In this document: positions 53,000 to 62,661 of the stretch, piece after piece
Layout: every line of letters begins with the position of its first letter
Position numbering within the stretch: position 1 is the stretch's first letter
From: Patescibacteria group bacterium
GTDB taxonomy: Bacteria > Patescibacteriota > Minisyncoccia > Phycocordibacterales > Phycocordibacteraceae
Length of the DNA: 64,000 bases
Assembly (NCBI GenBank): GCA_018969385.1
Contig: JAGWYL010000002.1
Location: forward strand, 289 to 64,288
Reading direction: 5' to 3'
Program-made: the position numbers and the translations under genes
The notes under the pieces: model-generated
What the model was told of the DNA's origin: nothing
Database searches by the model: none
What the model saw: only the letters and a program-made list of their open reading frames with translations

Positions 53000-54688
53000 A
53001 TGACGCAGGCCGACGCACTCTCCATACTGAAGACCGGCGCGAACGTATTCCTCACCGGCGAACCCGGAAGCGGGAAGACGCACACCGTGAACGCGTACAT
53101 CGCGTGGCTCCGCTCTTGCGGCATCGAACCGGCGGTGACGGCGGCAACCGGCATCGCGGCGACGCACGTGGGAGGGGCCACCATCCACTCGTGGAGTGGC
53201 ATCGGCATCAAGGAATATCTTTCGCCCGCGGATGTCGATGCCATCGCCTCGAAGGAGCATGTCGCGCGCCGCATCCGGAAGGCGAAGGTGCTCATCATCG
53301 AAGAGGTTTCCATGCTGTCCGCGGCGACCTTCGGCATGGCGGACGCGGTGTGCCGCGAGGTGCATCAGCGGGACGCGCCGTTCGGCGGCATGCAGGTGAT
53401 TCTCGTCGGGGATTTCTTCCAGCTTCCGCCCGTCTCGCGCGGGAAGGAGGTCCTGTTCTGCTACGCTTCGCCCGTATGGCGGGAACTCTCCCCGCTCGTC
53501 TGCTATCTCGAAGAACAGTACCGCCAAGAGGATGGCGCATTCCTCGGTGTGCTCTCCGCCATCCGCGCGAATGCGGTGGAGGACGAGCACTATGAGACGC
53601 TCGCCGAAAGACGCACGGATGCGGATGCGATTCCGGAAAACGTACCGAAGCTGTTCTCGCACAATGCGGACGTGGACCGGATAAACGCGGCGGAGCTCGC
53701 CAAGCTGCCGGGATTCGCCATGCGGTTCCTCATGAAAAGCGCGGGCGGCGCGTCGTCCGTCGAAGGCCTCATCCGCGGCTGCCTTTCTCCCGAGACGCTC
53801 GAACTCAAGAAGGGGGCGGCGGTCATGTTCACGAAGAACGACCCGGCGGGCCGGTTCGTGAACGGCACGCTCGGCGTCGTCGTCGATTTCGCGAAGGCGG
53901 ACAATACGCCGGTGGTGGAGACGCGGGACGGCAAGCGCGTGTACGTGGAGCCTGCGGATTGGAAATTGGAAACGGACGGGAAGGTGCGCGCGAGCATCAC
54001 GCAGCATCCGCTGCGGCTCGCATGGGCCATGACGGTGCATAAGAGCCAGGGGCAGAGCCTCGATGCGGCGGTCATCGACCTCTCCCGCGCGTTCGAGTAC
54101 GGGCAGGGATACGTCGCGCTCTCGCGCGTGCGGACGCTTTCAGGGCTGTATCTTCTCGGGCTCAATAATCGCGCGCTTTCCGTGCATCCTGAAATCATCG
54201 AGAAAGACGCGGACTTCCGCGCATCAAGCCGCGCGGCCGCGGCGGCGTTCACGGACATGCCCCGGGATGAGCTTCAGGACATGCAGAAGCGTTTCGTGAA
54301 GGCGGCGGGCGGCGCGTGGATGGACGAGGAGCAGGGAAGCGACGCGGGGAGCCGGCATGAATCCCGCGGCGGCTTTGCCGCCGCGGGATTCATGCCGGGC
54401 AGGCTCGCGGAGACGCTCGAGGCCGTCCGCGACGCCCGCACACTTTCCGAAGCGGCGGATGCGCGCGGCCTTGCCGTTTCCACCATCGTGCATCACCTTG
54501 AGGAACTCTCCGCGCTCGGCGTGCTCGCGAAAAAGGATTACGAACACCTGCTTCCGGAAGACGAAGCGCTCGAAGAGATTCGCGCAGCGCTTGCGGAATC
54601 GGAGGACGAAAAGCTCGCACCGGTCTTCCGCGCCCTCGGCGGCCGCCACTCGTTCGAGGTCATCCGCCTCGCGCGTCTCGCGAAGTAG
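53000..54688 (+). CDS. PIF1/RecD-like SF1B helicase with a C-terminal HTH
   Basis: TGEPGSGKT, TIHSW, EEVSML, GDFFQLPP, TVHKSQG, YVALSR; RGLAVSTIVHHL; TATAAT 6 nt before ATG 53000. Confidence 0.92.
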   Translation: MTQADALSILKTGANVFLTGEPGSGKTHTVNAYIAWLRSCGIEPAVTAATGIAATHVGGATIHSWSGIGIKEYLSPADVDAIASKEHVARRIRKAKVLIIEEVSMLSAATFGMADAVCREVHQRDAPFGGMQVILVGDFFQLPPVSRGKEVLFCYASPVWRELSPLVCYLEEQYRQEDGAFLGVLSAIRANAVEDEHYETLAERRTDADAIPENVPKLFSHNADVDRINAAELAKLPGFAMRFLMKSAGGASSVEGLIRGCLSPETLELKKGAAVMFTKNDPAGRFVNGTLGVVVDFAKADNTPVVETRDGKRVYVEPADWKLETDGKVRASITQHPLRLAWAMTVHKSQGQSLDAAVIDLSRAFEYGQGYVALSRVRTLSGLYLLGLNNRALSVHPEIIEKDADFRASSRAAAAAFTDMPRDELQDMQKRFVKAAGGAWMDEEQGSDAGSRHESRGGFAAAGFMPGRLAETLEAVRDARTLSEAADARGLAVSTIVHHLEELSALGVLAKKDYEHLLPEDEALEEIRAALAESEDEKLAPVFRALGGRHSFEVIRLARLAK

Positions 54689-54754
54689 GAAAAAGAAATC
54701 GGCGTCGGATGTGTTCATCCGGCGCCGATTGATTGCGCGTTCGCTGGCGGCAGC

Positions 54755-55093
54755 TCACGCGGCCAGCAGGAGTCGCTTGAAAAGGTAGATGATTCCGCGG
54801 ATCAGGAGCGCTGTGAGGCACCCCAGCCCGAACGTGAAAGAAACGGCCAGCGCGACGACGAGAACGCGGGCCATTCCGTTCACCGCTACCAGATACCACG
54901 CATAGTCAGGCGCGTGATAGCCGACGGTGCACGTAGCTGCAAAGAGCAGCACTTCCGTGAACCGAAGGTTGTCCTCGCTCCATCTCGGCTTAACCCCGAA
55001 GTGCCCGTGATGATACAAGGAGACAAGCGTGGTGGCGATAAGCAGGGTCACGGAGACCCACTCTATTGGCGTGTGCATAAAGAACTCCTCCAT
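54755..55093 (-). CDS. Hypothetical three-TM membrane protein
   Basis: Three hydrophobic segments; strong promoter just upstream. Confidence 0.6.
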   Translation of the reverse strand: MEEFFMHTPIEWVSVTLLIATTLVSLYHHGHFGVKPRWSEDNLRFTEVLLFAATCTVGYHAPDYAWYLVAVNGMARVLVVALAVSFTFGLGCLTALLIRGIIYLFKRLLLAA

Positions 55094-55108
55094 TTCGCAC
55101 GTAGACGC

Positions 55109-55137
55109 ATCATACTACATATGACATGGTATGTCAA
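55109..55137 (-). promoter_or_regulatory. Sigma70 promoter with an overlapping palindromic operator
   Basis: TTGACA-17-TATGAT on the minus strand; TGACAT-acc-ATGTCA overlaps the -35 box. Confidence 0.65.
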
Positions 55138-55281
55138 TACCCGTGTCGGATACGCGCGCTCTAGGAAAAACCGTATATACGCGGCCTTTTGGACTGCGGA
55201 ACGAGAAAATAAAAAGCCGCCCTATTATGAAGCCGGGGCGGCGCGGCTGTTGGAACGGACTTCCCAAGTACGACACACTTA

Positions 55282-55308
55282 TACGTAGGACATAGTATGT
55301 CCTACGTA
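55282..55308. repeat. Family-B-like palindrome (13-bp arms)
   Basis: tacgtaggacata-g-tatgtcctacgta; shares taggacat/atgtccta with the 7195 and 14730 copies. Confidence 0.7.
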
Positions 55309-55330
55309 ACATGCTGGGTGTGCCGCCGCG

Positions 55331-57730
55331 CTACGCGGAAGCGTGCGCGAGCGGCGGCGCGTTCGGCTTCACGCCCGGTTTCGGGCTCATCATCTTGAAT
55401 ATCTCGGCTATCTGCATCCAGAAGAAGGACCAGACCCAGACGAACGCGATAAGCCACAAGGGAAGCGGCGCGGTGAAGATGCCGAAGAAGGCCCACGCGG
55501 TGGCGAGCAGCTGCGTGAAGGTGACGGCGCTCACGACCGGAAGGCTCGGGAGGAAGCGGAACCAGCGGGAGGACGTGTGCGCGACGTACACGAGCAGGTG
55601 TCCCGAAACGACGAGCTTCAGGAAGAAGAGCGTCTGGATTTCCGCCCACGGAAGGCGCAGGTATCCGTACGCGAACATGAGCATGAAGATGCTGTTCGCG
55701 ATTCCCGAGAGTCCGTAGAGTATGGAAAGCTTCGCGCGGCGGCGGCCGTCGATGCTCGAAGGCGCATGCGGAACGTGCACGCGGTCGAACGCGATGGAGA
55801 TGATAGGGACGTCGTTCAGGAAGGCGAGCAGGAGCACCTGGATAGGCGTGAGCGGATAGTTCCCGATGGAGACGCCGATGATGGCGATGGTGAGGATGAG
55901 CCGGAAGCTTTCCGACATGCGGTAGACGGAGTAGTGGTAGAGGCGGACGAAGACCTTGCGCGCTTCCGTGATGGCGGTGGCGATGACCGAGAGCCCGTTC
56001 GAGAGGAGGACGATGTCCGCGGTCTCCCGCAAGGCGTCGACCGAACCCGCGACCGCGATGCCGACGTCCGCGTCCGCGACGGACGGCACGTCATTCACGC
56101 CGTCGCCGGTGACGGCGACGCGCGATACCTTCTTCGCCGCTTCGACCGCGGCATACTTATCTTTCGGCAGCACTTCCGCGAAGGCGGCCGTGTGCGGGAG
56201 CGCGGCCGCAAGCTTCGCCGGGTCGTCGAAGATGTCGCGCGTGTACACGTCGCCGACGAGCCCGAGCTCGTCGGACACCTCGTGCGCGATGGCGTCATCG
56301 TCGCCCGTGAGCATCGTCACCTTGATGCCTTCCTCGCGCATCGTCTCTACGGTCGCCTTCGCGTCTTCCCGCAGCGTGTCCGCGAGGAACAATAGGCCGA
56401 CGGGCTCGAGACCCTCCTCCTTTTCCGAACCTTTGCGGACGGATACGGCAAGCGTGCGGTCGCCGCGCTTCGCCGCGCCGAGGACGGCGTCCGTGAACGC
56501 CGTGCGCTCCCCGGCGGAGAATTCGGAGCGGCTCTCGAGCACGGACGGGGAACCGAGCACGACCATCCAGGACTCGCCATCCCTCGTCACCGTCGCGGTC
56601 GCGCGCTTGCGTTCCGAGTCGCCCGGGATGAACGCTGACTGCGGATACATGGGCGCGCCCGCATCCTTCGCCGCATCGCGCACGGCCTCCTCAAGCGGAT
56701 TATTGTCCGCGGGGTCCGTGGCGGACGCGCCGAACGAGAGGAGGTCGGCCTTCGCGTACGCGCCGAAGAGCTGCACCTCCGCGACCCGTATGTGATTTTC
56801 CGTGAGCGTGCCGGTCTTGTCGGAAAGGAGCAGGTTCACGTTCGCGAGGTCCTCAAGCGAAGAGAGACGCCGCACCACGGCTCCGCTTCTCGCGAGGACC
56901 AGCACGCCGGCGCTGATGATGAGGCTCATGACGGTGGGAAGCGCCACCGGGATGCCCGCGATGAGGAGCGATATGTCGAGCGTGGCGATGTCCGCATATG
57001 AGTTCGAGTGGAGCAGGAGCGCGCCCGTGAGGACGACCATCGCGCCGATGGCGAAGAAGGACAGGTAGCGGGAGATGGCGAGGATGTCATGCTCGAGCGC
57101 GGAACGCTTGCGCGCCATCTCCACGGTCTTCACCGTGGTGCCGAAGTACGTCCGCGCGCCCGTTGCGGTGACGAGCGCGTTCGCGGACCCCGTCACCACG
57201 AACGAGCCGGAGTAGAGGATGTCGTCCTTCGCCTTCTCTTTCGGGAGCGATTCTCCCGTGAGCATGGACTCGTTAATCGAGAGGTTCGAGCCCGAAAGCA
57301 CCTTCGCGTCCGCGGGGACGATGGAGCCGACGCGAAGCGCGATGAGGTCGTCGGGAACGAGTTCCGCCGCCGGTACGGTCTTCCACGCGCCGCCGCGCAG
57401 CACGTTCGCGGAAACGGCAAGGTGCTCTTCGAGCTTCGCGACCGCCTGGTCGGCCTTATGCTCGTGCCAGAGCTGCACGCCGTAGTTAGCGAGCAGGAGG
57501 AAGAGGATTATCCAGCCGTCCGGAATCTTGCCGCTCGCGAACGAGAGCGCCGCCGCCGCGACGAGCATGAGCGGGATAGGGGAGAAGAACCACTTGATGA
57601 ACTTCTCGATGCCGCTCTTCTTCTTCGCAGCGATGGCATTTTCTCCCACGCGCGCGCGGACGCGCGCGGCTTCCTCGTCGGTGAGACCGGCGAGTACGCG
57701 AGGCGCGTCCGCTAGAGGGGCATCGCTCAT
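55331..57730 (-). CDS. P-type ATPase, plasma-membrane H+-efflux (P3A-like)
   Basis: LTGES, IAGIPVALPTV, SDKTGTLT, MLTGD, GDGVND, FLNDVP. Confidence 0.88.
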   Translation of the reverse strand: MSDAPLADAPRVLAGLTDEEAARVRARVGENAIAAKKKSGIEKFIKWFFSPIPLMLVAAAALSFASGKIPDGWIILFLLLANYGVQLWHEHKADQAVAKLEEHLAVSANVLRGGAWKTVPAAELVPDDLIALRVGSIVPADAKVLSGSNLSINESMLTGESLPKEKAKDDILYSGSFVVTGSANALVTATGARTYFGTTVKTVEMARKRSALEHDILAISRYLSFFAIGAMVVLTGALLLHSNSYADIATLDISLLIAGIPVALPTVMSLIISAGVLVLARSGAVVRRLSSLEDLANVNLLLSDKTGTLTENHIRVAEVQLFGAYAKADLLSFGASATDPADNNPLEEAVRDAAKDAGAPMYPQSAFIPGDSERKRATATVTRDGESWMVVLGSPSVLESRSEFSAGERTAFTDAVLGAAKRGDRTLAVSVRKGSEKEEGLEPVGLLFLADTLREDAKATVETMREEGIKVTMLTGDDDAIAHEVSDELGLVGDVYTRDIFDDPAKLAAALPHTAAFAEVLPKDKYAAVEAAKKVSRVAVTGDGVNDVPSVADADVGIAVAGSVDALRETADIVLLSNGLSVIATAITEARKVFVRLYHYSVYRMSESFRLILTIAIIGVSIGNYPLTPIQVLLLAFLNDVPIISIAFDRVHVPHAPSSIDGRRRAKLSILYGLSGIANSIFMLMFAYGYLRLPWAEIQTLFFLKLVVSGHLLVYVAHTSSRWFRFLPSLPVVSAVTFTQLLATAWAFFGIFTAPLPLWLIAFVWVWSFFWMQIAEIFKMMSPKPGVKPNAPPLAHASA

Positions 57731-57822
57731 ATGCTCATACTAACAGCCATCCCGCATCATGCGGGAGGGGATACGCGTTTGCGGCGAGGCTTCTCCGGTA
57801 TCGCGAATCGAACCGAGCACGT

Positions 57823-58245
57823 TCAGCGTTTCGTCTTAAGCGCGAAGTGGAAGCTGGTATAGGAGAGGTAGCCGGTGATGATGACGCCGATCCAGGACAG
57901 CCACATCGGCACCTCGAACGTCCCGAGCGCGACGTCCACGTTGAACGCGAGGCGCATCAGGTGGACGATGGCGACCGCGGCGAAGACGATGCCCGCGATA
58001 TAGAGGAGGTTGCGCTCGCTCGGCGACTCGAGCGGAAGCTTCATGCTCCAGCCGTAATGGACGAGGAGGATGAGGAGCGCGCCGTCAAGCACGATGATGG
58101 GCAGGATGGCATCCGCGGTCCACGTGACGCCGAGGATGGTGAGCGGGAAGAAACCCGCTGCGCCGAGCCAGAGCGCGCTGATGAGGTCCGCGGCGACGAG
58201 GCCGGACGCGAACTTCGCGATTTCCCGAAGGGTACGATGATTCAT
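57823..58245 (-). CDS. Four-TM membrane protein
   Basis: Four hydrophobic helices; VAIVHLMRL..P.WLSW. Confidence 0.7.
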   Translation of the reverse strand: MNHRTLREIAKFASGLVAADLISALWLGAAGFFPLTILGVTWTADAILPIIVLDGALLILLVHYGWSMKLPLESPSERNLLYIAGIVFAAVAIVHLMRLAFNVDVALGTFEVPMWLSWIGVIITGYLSYTSFHFALKTKR

Positions 58246-58339
58246 AGGACGAACGTAATGGTTACGGAAGGATAACGTCCTCATTATGGCGCGCAACGCG
58301 CGCCTGTACACGGGATATGCACAGGGGTGCGGCCGCGGG

Positions 58340-58381
58340 TTGACAGGCGCAGCCGCATCCGTTAATATTTAGGTAACCTAA
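58340..58381 (+). promoter_or_regulatory. Sigma70 promoter and candidate MarR operator of the efflux operon
   Basis: TTGACA-17-TAATAT followed directly by the palindrome ttaggt-a-acctaa. Confidence 0.7.
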
Positions 58382-58397
58382 CTAATAGACGTCTTGC

Positions 58398-59933
58398 ATG
58401 CCGAAACGACTTATCGCATCCCTAGCCGCGCATCCCGTGACCTCGGTGGTCTCGGTGGCCGCCGTCGCGCTCGCCATCACCGGCGGCATCGCGCTCCATA
58501 CGCTCGTCCGGCCGACCGTCACGGCGGTTCGCGTCGCTCTCGGGCCGCTCACGGAAGTCGTGAGCGCTGACGGGGTCGTGCGCGCCTCGGAGGCGGCCGA
58601 CCTTTCGCTCCAGACGAGCGGCCGCGTGACGGCAATACCGGCGAGCGTCGGCGAGCACGTGTACGCGGGACAGACGCTCCTCCTTACGGATGACGCGAGC
58701 GCCGCAGCGGCGCTCGCGTCCGCGAAGGCCGCGCTCGCCGTCCAGGAGGCGAAGCTCGCTTCCCTTGAGACCGGCACCCGTCCCGAACAGCTCGCGCTCG
58801 ACCGGACGGCGGTGACCGACGACCAAGCCGCGCTTCGCGACGCGATCCGGAGCGCCTATGTCTATGCGGACGACGCCGTGCACGTGCGCGCCGACGCGCT
58901 CTTCACGAACCCGCGCACGAACGCGCCGACGCTCGCGTTCACGGTTTCCGACTCCGTACTCGCGAATACGATACAGACCGACCGCGTCACGATCGAGTCG
59001 ACGCTCGCGAAGCTCGCGGCGCTCGTGAACGCGCCTTCGTTCGCGACGGACGATCCGCGCAGTACGGCTTTTGCCGCGAGCGCCTCGCTTTCGTCCGTAG
59101 TCTCGTTCCTCGACGAGCTCGCGAAGGCGCTCACGGCGGCGCCGACCGGCGCGACGCTTTCGTCCGCCGCTCTCGCGGCGGACCAGGCGAGCATAAACAC
59201 GGGACGGCTGAACGTCTCCGCCGCGCTCACCGCGCTCACGTCCGCCACGACCGCACTCTCCAATGCCGAAGGAACCCTCACGCTCGCGTCTTCCGGCGCG
59301 ACGGCCGAAGACCTCGCCGCGCAGAAGGCGCAGGTGGATGTCGCCGCCGCCGCGGTGGACAGCGCCCAAGCGGAGCTCGACAAGACCGCGCTTGCGGCGC
59401 CGTTTGCCGGCACCGTCTCGCGGCAGGATGCCCAGGTCGGGGACACGCTTTCGCCCGGACAATCCGTCATCTCCGTCGTTTCGGACGCGCACTACCGCAT
59501 GGACGCCTACGTGTCCGAAGCGGACATCGGCAAGATCGCCGTCGGCGACGCGGCAAGCGTCACGCTTGCCGCGTATCCGGACTCCGCGCCTCTTCCGGCG
59601 ACGGTGTCTGCGGTCGCTCCGGCCGCGGAGCAGGTGGGAGGCATCCTCGCCTACAAGGTCACGGCCGTCCTCACGGATAACGACCCGCGCGTGAAAGCCG
59701 GGCTCTCCGGTTCGCTTTCGGTGACGACGAAGCATCTCGATTCGGTCCTCCAGGTTCCGGCAAGCGCGGTCATCCGCAACGGCACGGACCATTTCGTCAT
59801 GCGCGTTCTCGCGAACGGCTCCGCCCTCCAGGTTCCGGTCACCGTGGGAGCCACGGGGTCGAACGGGAACACGGCAATCCTCTCCGGGCTTTCCGAGAAC
59901 GATTCGGTAGAAACTTTCGGCAGCGCCAAATGA
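58398..59933 (+). CDS. HlyD/RND-type adaptor with a long coiled coil
   Basis: TM, TSGRV..V.VGEHV, APFAGTV, VSEADIGKI. Confidence 0.85.
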   Translation: MPKRLIASLAAHPVTSVVSVAAVALAITGGIALHTLVRPTVTAVRVALGPLTEVVSADGVVRASEAADLSLQTSGRVTAIPASVGEHVYAGQTLLLTDDASAAAALASAKAALAVQEAKLASLETGTRPEQLALDRTAVTDDQAALRDAIRSAYVYADDAVHVRADALFTNPRTNAPTLAFTVSDSVLANTIQTDRVTIESTLAKLAALVNAPSFATDDPRSTAFAASASLSSVVSFLDELAKALTAAPTGATLSSAALAADQASINTGRLNVSAALTALTSATTALSNAEGTLTLASSGATAEDLAAQKAQVDVAAAAVDSAQAELDKTALAAPFAGTVSRQDAQVGDTLSPGQSVISVVSDAHYRMDAYVSEADIGKIAVGDAASVTLAAYPDSAPLPATVSAVAPAAEQVGGILAYKVTAVLTDNDPRVKAGLSGSLSVTTKHLDSVLQVPASAVIRNGTDHFVMRVLANGSALQVPVTVGATGSNGNTAILSGLSENDSVETFGSAK

Positions 59934-60619
59934 CCGCACCTATGACTACACCTATGACCGCACCCGCTACCATGCAATCACAAGACGCTCGTCCCGGCAT
60001 ACCGCGCACGTTCTTCATCGCGGGCGGCCTCATCGTGCTCATCATCCTCGCCGCAGGCGTCGCTTCGTATCTCCTCATCACCGGAGGACAGGTGTATACG
60101 GACAAGGCGCAGATAACCGCGCCTCTCATCAACCTCGCGCCCGCGACGGGCGGCACGCTGAATCGCGTGTACGTGAACCCGGGGGATAGCGTGCCTGCGG
60201 GCGCGCCCGTGGCGCTCGTGGGGAACGAGCTCGTGAAGACGCAGATTGCCGGAACCGTCGCCTCGACGGAAACGAACATCGGCGAGCTCGTGAATCCCGG
60301 ACAGGCCGTCGTCACCATGCTCGATCCCGCCGCGCTGCGCCTCGTCGCGCAGGTCGATGAGAACAAGGGACTGTCGTCCCTGCGGGTCGGCGACCGCGCC
60401 ACGTTCACGGTCGATGCGTTCGGCGGCGAGACCTTCACGGGCGTCGTCGACGAGGTGAGTCCCACTTCGCACGCTTCGGGCGTCGTCTTCAATATCAGCG
60501 GAGAGCGGCAGACGCAGACCTTCGACGTGAAGATACGCTACGACGTCACCGCGCATCCGGAACTCAAGAACGGCATGAGCGCGCGGCTGACCGTGTACAC
60601 GGGGAATAGTCAGCAGTAA
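59930..60619 (+). CDS. EmrA-like HlyD adaptor without the helical hairpin
   Basis: TM, VYTDKAQI, VNPGQAV, VDAFGGETFTGVV, NGMSA. Confidence 0.8.
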   Translation: MTAPMTTPMTAPATMQSQDARPGIPRTFFIAGGLIVLIILAAGVASYLLITGGQVYTDKAQITAPLINLAPATGGTLNRVYVNPGDSVPAGAPVALVGNELVKTQIAGTVASTETNIGELVNPGQAVVTMLDPAALRLVAQVDENKGLSSLRVGDRATFTVDAFGGETFTGVVDEVSPTSHASGVVFNISGERQTQTFDVKIRYDVTAHPELKNGMSARLTVYTGNSQQ

Positions 60620-60641
60620 GCGGTAGGCAGTCAGCGGAAGC
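60608..60641. repeat. Family-C heptamer array spanning the stop codon
   Basis: agtcagc agtaagc ggtaggc agtcagc (reverse complement gctgact/gcttact type). Confidence 0.6.
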
Positions 60642-60656
60642 GCGAAGACTTCACCC

Positions 60657-62165
60657 ATGCGTGAGAACGGAGAAAGCAGACTCGGGAAGCCCTGGCTCGT
60701 CCTCGTGACGGTCATGGTGGGGACGCTCCTCATCGGCCTCGACCGGACGGTCGTGAACCTTGCCGTCCCGAGCGTCATCAGCGACTTCGGCATCACCGTC
60801 ACCACGGCCGCGTGGATAGCGACCTCCTACATCATCACGAACGCGGTGTTCGTGCCGGTGTTCGGGAAGCTCGGCGACCTCTACGGCAATCGCATCATCT
60901 ACGTGTGGAGCTTCATCGGCTTCATCGTCATGTCGGTCCTGACCGGACTCTCCTGGAATTTCCCGTCGCTCATCTTCTTCCGCGCGGCGCAGGGGCTCGT
61001 GGGCGCGGCCATCTATCCGACCGCCATGTCGCTCATCGCGAAATCGTTCACGAAGCCCAAGGACCGCGCGCAGGCGCTCGGCATCTGGTCGTCCTCTTTC
61101 GCGGTTTCCGCCATCATCGGCCCCTTGCTCGGAGGCTTCCTCATCGACAATTTCTCCTGGCGGATGATTTTCTATATCAACCTGCCCATCGGCATCGCGG
61201 GACTCATCATGACGCTCATCTTCCTGCCGCATGACCGCCCGGAAGAGCGCGGCTCGTTCGACTGGTTCGGTTCCGTCCTCTTGGCGGGCGCCATCACGAG
61301 CATGGTGCTCGTCCTCGACCAGGGTCAGACGTGGGGCTGGACGTCCGCGGCGTCGCTCGCGTGCTACGCGGGCGCGGTGGTCTTCGGCTGGCTGACCTAC
61401 GTATGGGAGACGCGGCATACGCATCCCATCATCGACTTCAAGCTCTTCAAGAATCCCACCATCGTCTCGGTGCTCATCGTCTCGTTCATCTCCTTCGGCG
61501 GCATGATGGGCGCGATGTTCCTCCTGCCGGTCTTCACGCAGACGTTCCTCGGGTACGACGCTATCCAGACGGGGCTCCTGTTCGTGCCGATGGGCCTCGC
61601 GCTCCCGTTGTTCGCGCCTCTCGGCGCGCGGCTCGCGCTTCGGTTCCATCCGCGCTACACGGTGTCGTTCGGCATGGCGGTCGCGGCGTTCTCGTTCTTC
61701 ATGCTGCGCACGCTCGACCCCGGCATGGCCTACGGCGACTTCATCATCCCGCTCGCCTTGTTCGGCGCCGGCCTCGGCCTCGGCATGGCGCCCTTGACCA
61801 CTGCCGCGACGACCGCGGTTCCGCTCCACGAGGTGGGCATGTCTTCCGGCCTCTTGAACCTCACGCGCAACATCGGCGGCGCGTTCGGCATCGCGCTCTT
61901 CGGCACCGTACTCGCGAACGCCACGAACGCGAACGTGCTCCAGGTGGCGCAGCAGTCCGTCATACGCGGCACGGGCGCCACGGCGCACGCGATAGGCACG
62001 AGCCTCATCATCCTCAAGGCCGACCTTCTCGCATACGGCACGGTGTTCGTCTGGGCTGCGGGAGCCATGCTCGCGGGCGGCATCGCGGCGCTGCTTCTGT
62101 TGCGGGCAAGCGGCGAAGAGATGGAAATCCCGCCCGAGGTGCGCGCGGAAGCGATGGCCGGCTGA
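60657..62165 (+). CDS. DHA2/EmrB-family MFS efflux transporter
   Basis: LDRTVVNLAVP, GKLGDLYG, RAAQG, GPLLGG, WRMIFYINLPIG; about 14 TM. Confidence 0.93.
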   Translation: MRENGESRLGKPWLVLVTVMVGTLLIGLDRTVVNLAVPSVISDFGITVTTAAWIATSYIITNAVFVPVFGKLGDLYGNRIIYVWSFIGFIVMSVLTGLSWNFPSLIFFRAAQGLVGAAIYPTAMSLIAKSFTKPKDRAQALGIWSSSFAVSAIIGPLLGGFLIDNFSWRMIFYINLPIGIAGLIMTLIFLPHDRPEERGSFDWFGSVLLAGAITSMVLVLDQGQTWGWTSAASLACYAGAVVFGWLTYVWETRHTHPIIDFKLFKNPTIVSVLIVSFISFGGMMGAMFLLPVFTQTFLGYDAIQTGLLFVPMGLALPLFAPLGARLALRFHPRYTVSFGMAVAAFSFFMLRTLDPGMAYGDFIIPLALFGAGLGLGMAPLTTAATTAVPLHEVGMSSGLLNLTRNIGGAFGIALFGTVLANATNANVLQVAQQSVIRGTGATAHAIGTSLIILKADLLAYGTVFVWAAGAMLAGGIAALLLLRASGEEMEIPPEVRAEAMAG

Positions 62166-62653
62166 TGGCAAGACCTATGGCACGACGCGAACGCACCAAG
62201 CTCCTCGAAGAACTCCGGCCCATGCTGTTCGGCATGCGCCGCCTGATGCGTTCGCGCCTTTCGCCGGGACCTTCCCAGCATGACCCGCACGTGTGGCTGC
62301 GGCTCGAGGTGCTCTTCTATATCGCGAAGATGAACGCTCCGACGATGCACGACATCGCGCGGCAGTTCGAGATTACGCCGCCGTCCGCGACGACGCTCAT
62401 CCGGCATCTTCTCAAAGAGGGGCTCGTGGAGCGCACGCGCGGCAAGAGTGACAAGCGTGTCGTGCGGATAACGGTGACCGGCAAGGGCGCTACGACGCTT
62501 GCTGCGAAGGCGCGCCTGGCCGCGCTCGTCATCCGCAACGTCACGCGCGACCTTTCCGAGGCGGAAATCGCGAGCCTCACCCGGCTGCTCCGGAAGGTGC
62601 ACGCGGCGAACGAGACATTCGCGAAGCCGCACAAACCCTGCCGCGAGGCGTAG
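62165..62653 (+). CDS. MarR-family transcriptional regulator
   Basis: PTMHDIA..ITPPSATTLI..L...GLVER....DKRVV.I..T.KG. Confidence 0.88.
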   Translation: MARPMARRERTKLLEELRPMLFGMRRLMRSRLSPGPSQHDPHVWLRLEVLFYIAKMNAPTMHDIARQFEITPPSATTLIRHLLKEGLVERTRGKSDKRVVRITVTGKGATTLAAKARLAALVIRNVTRDLSEAEIASLTRLLRKVHAANETFAKPHKPCREA

Positions 62654-62661
62654 TACTCCAT

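Noticed and set aside
59930-59965. 12-bp repeat encoding MTAPMTTPMTAP
   Set aside because: Three degenerate units in a disordered N-terminus; probably slippage with no further meaning.
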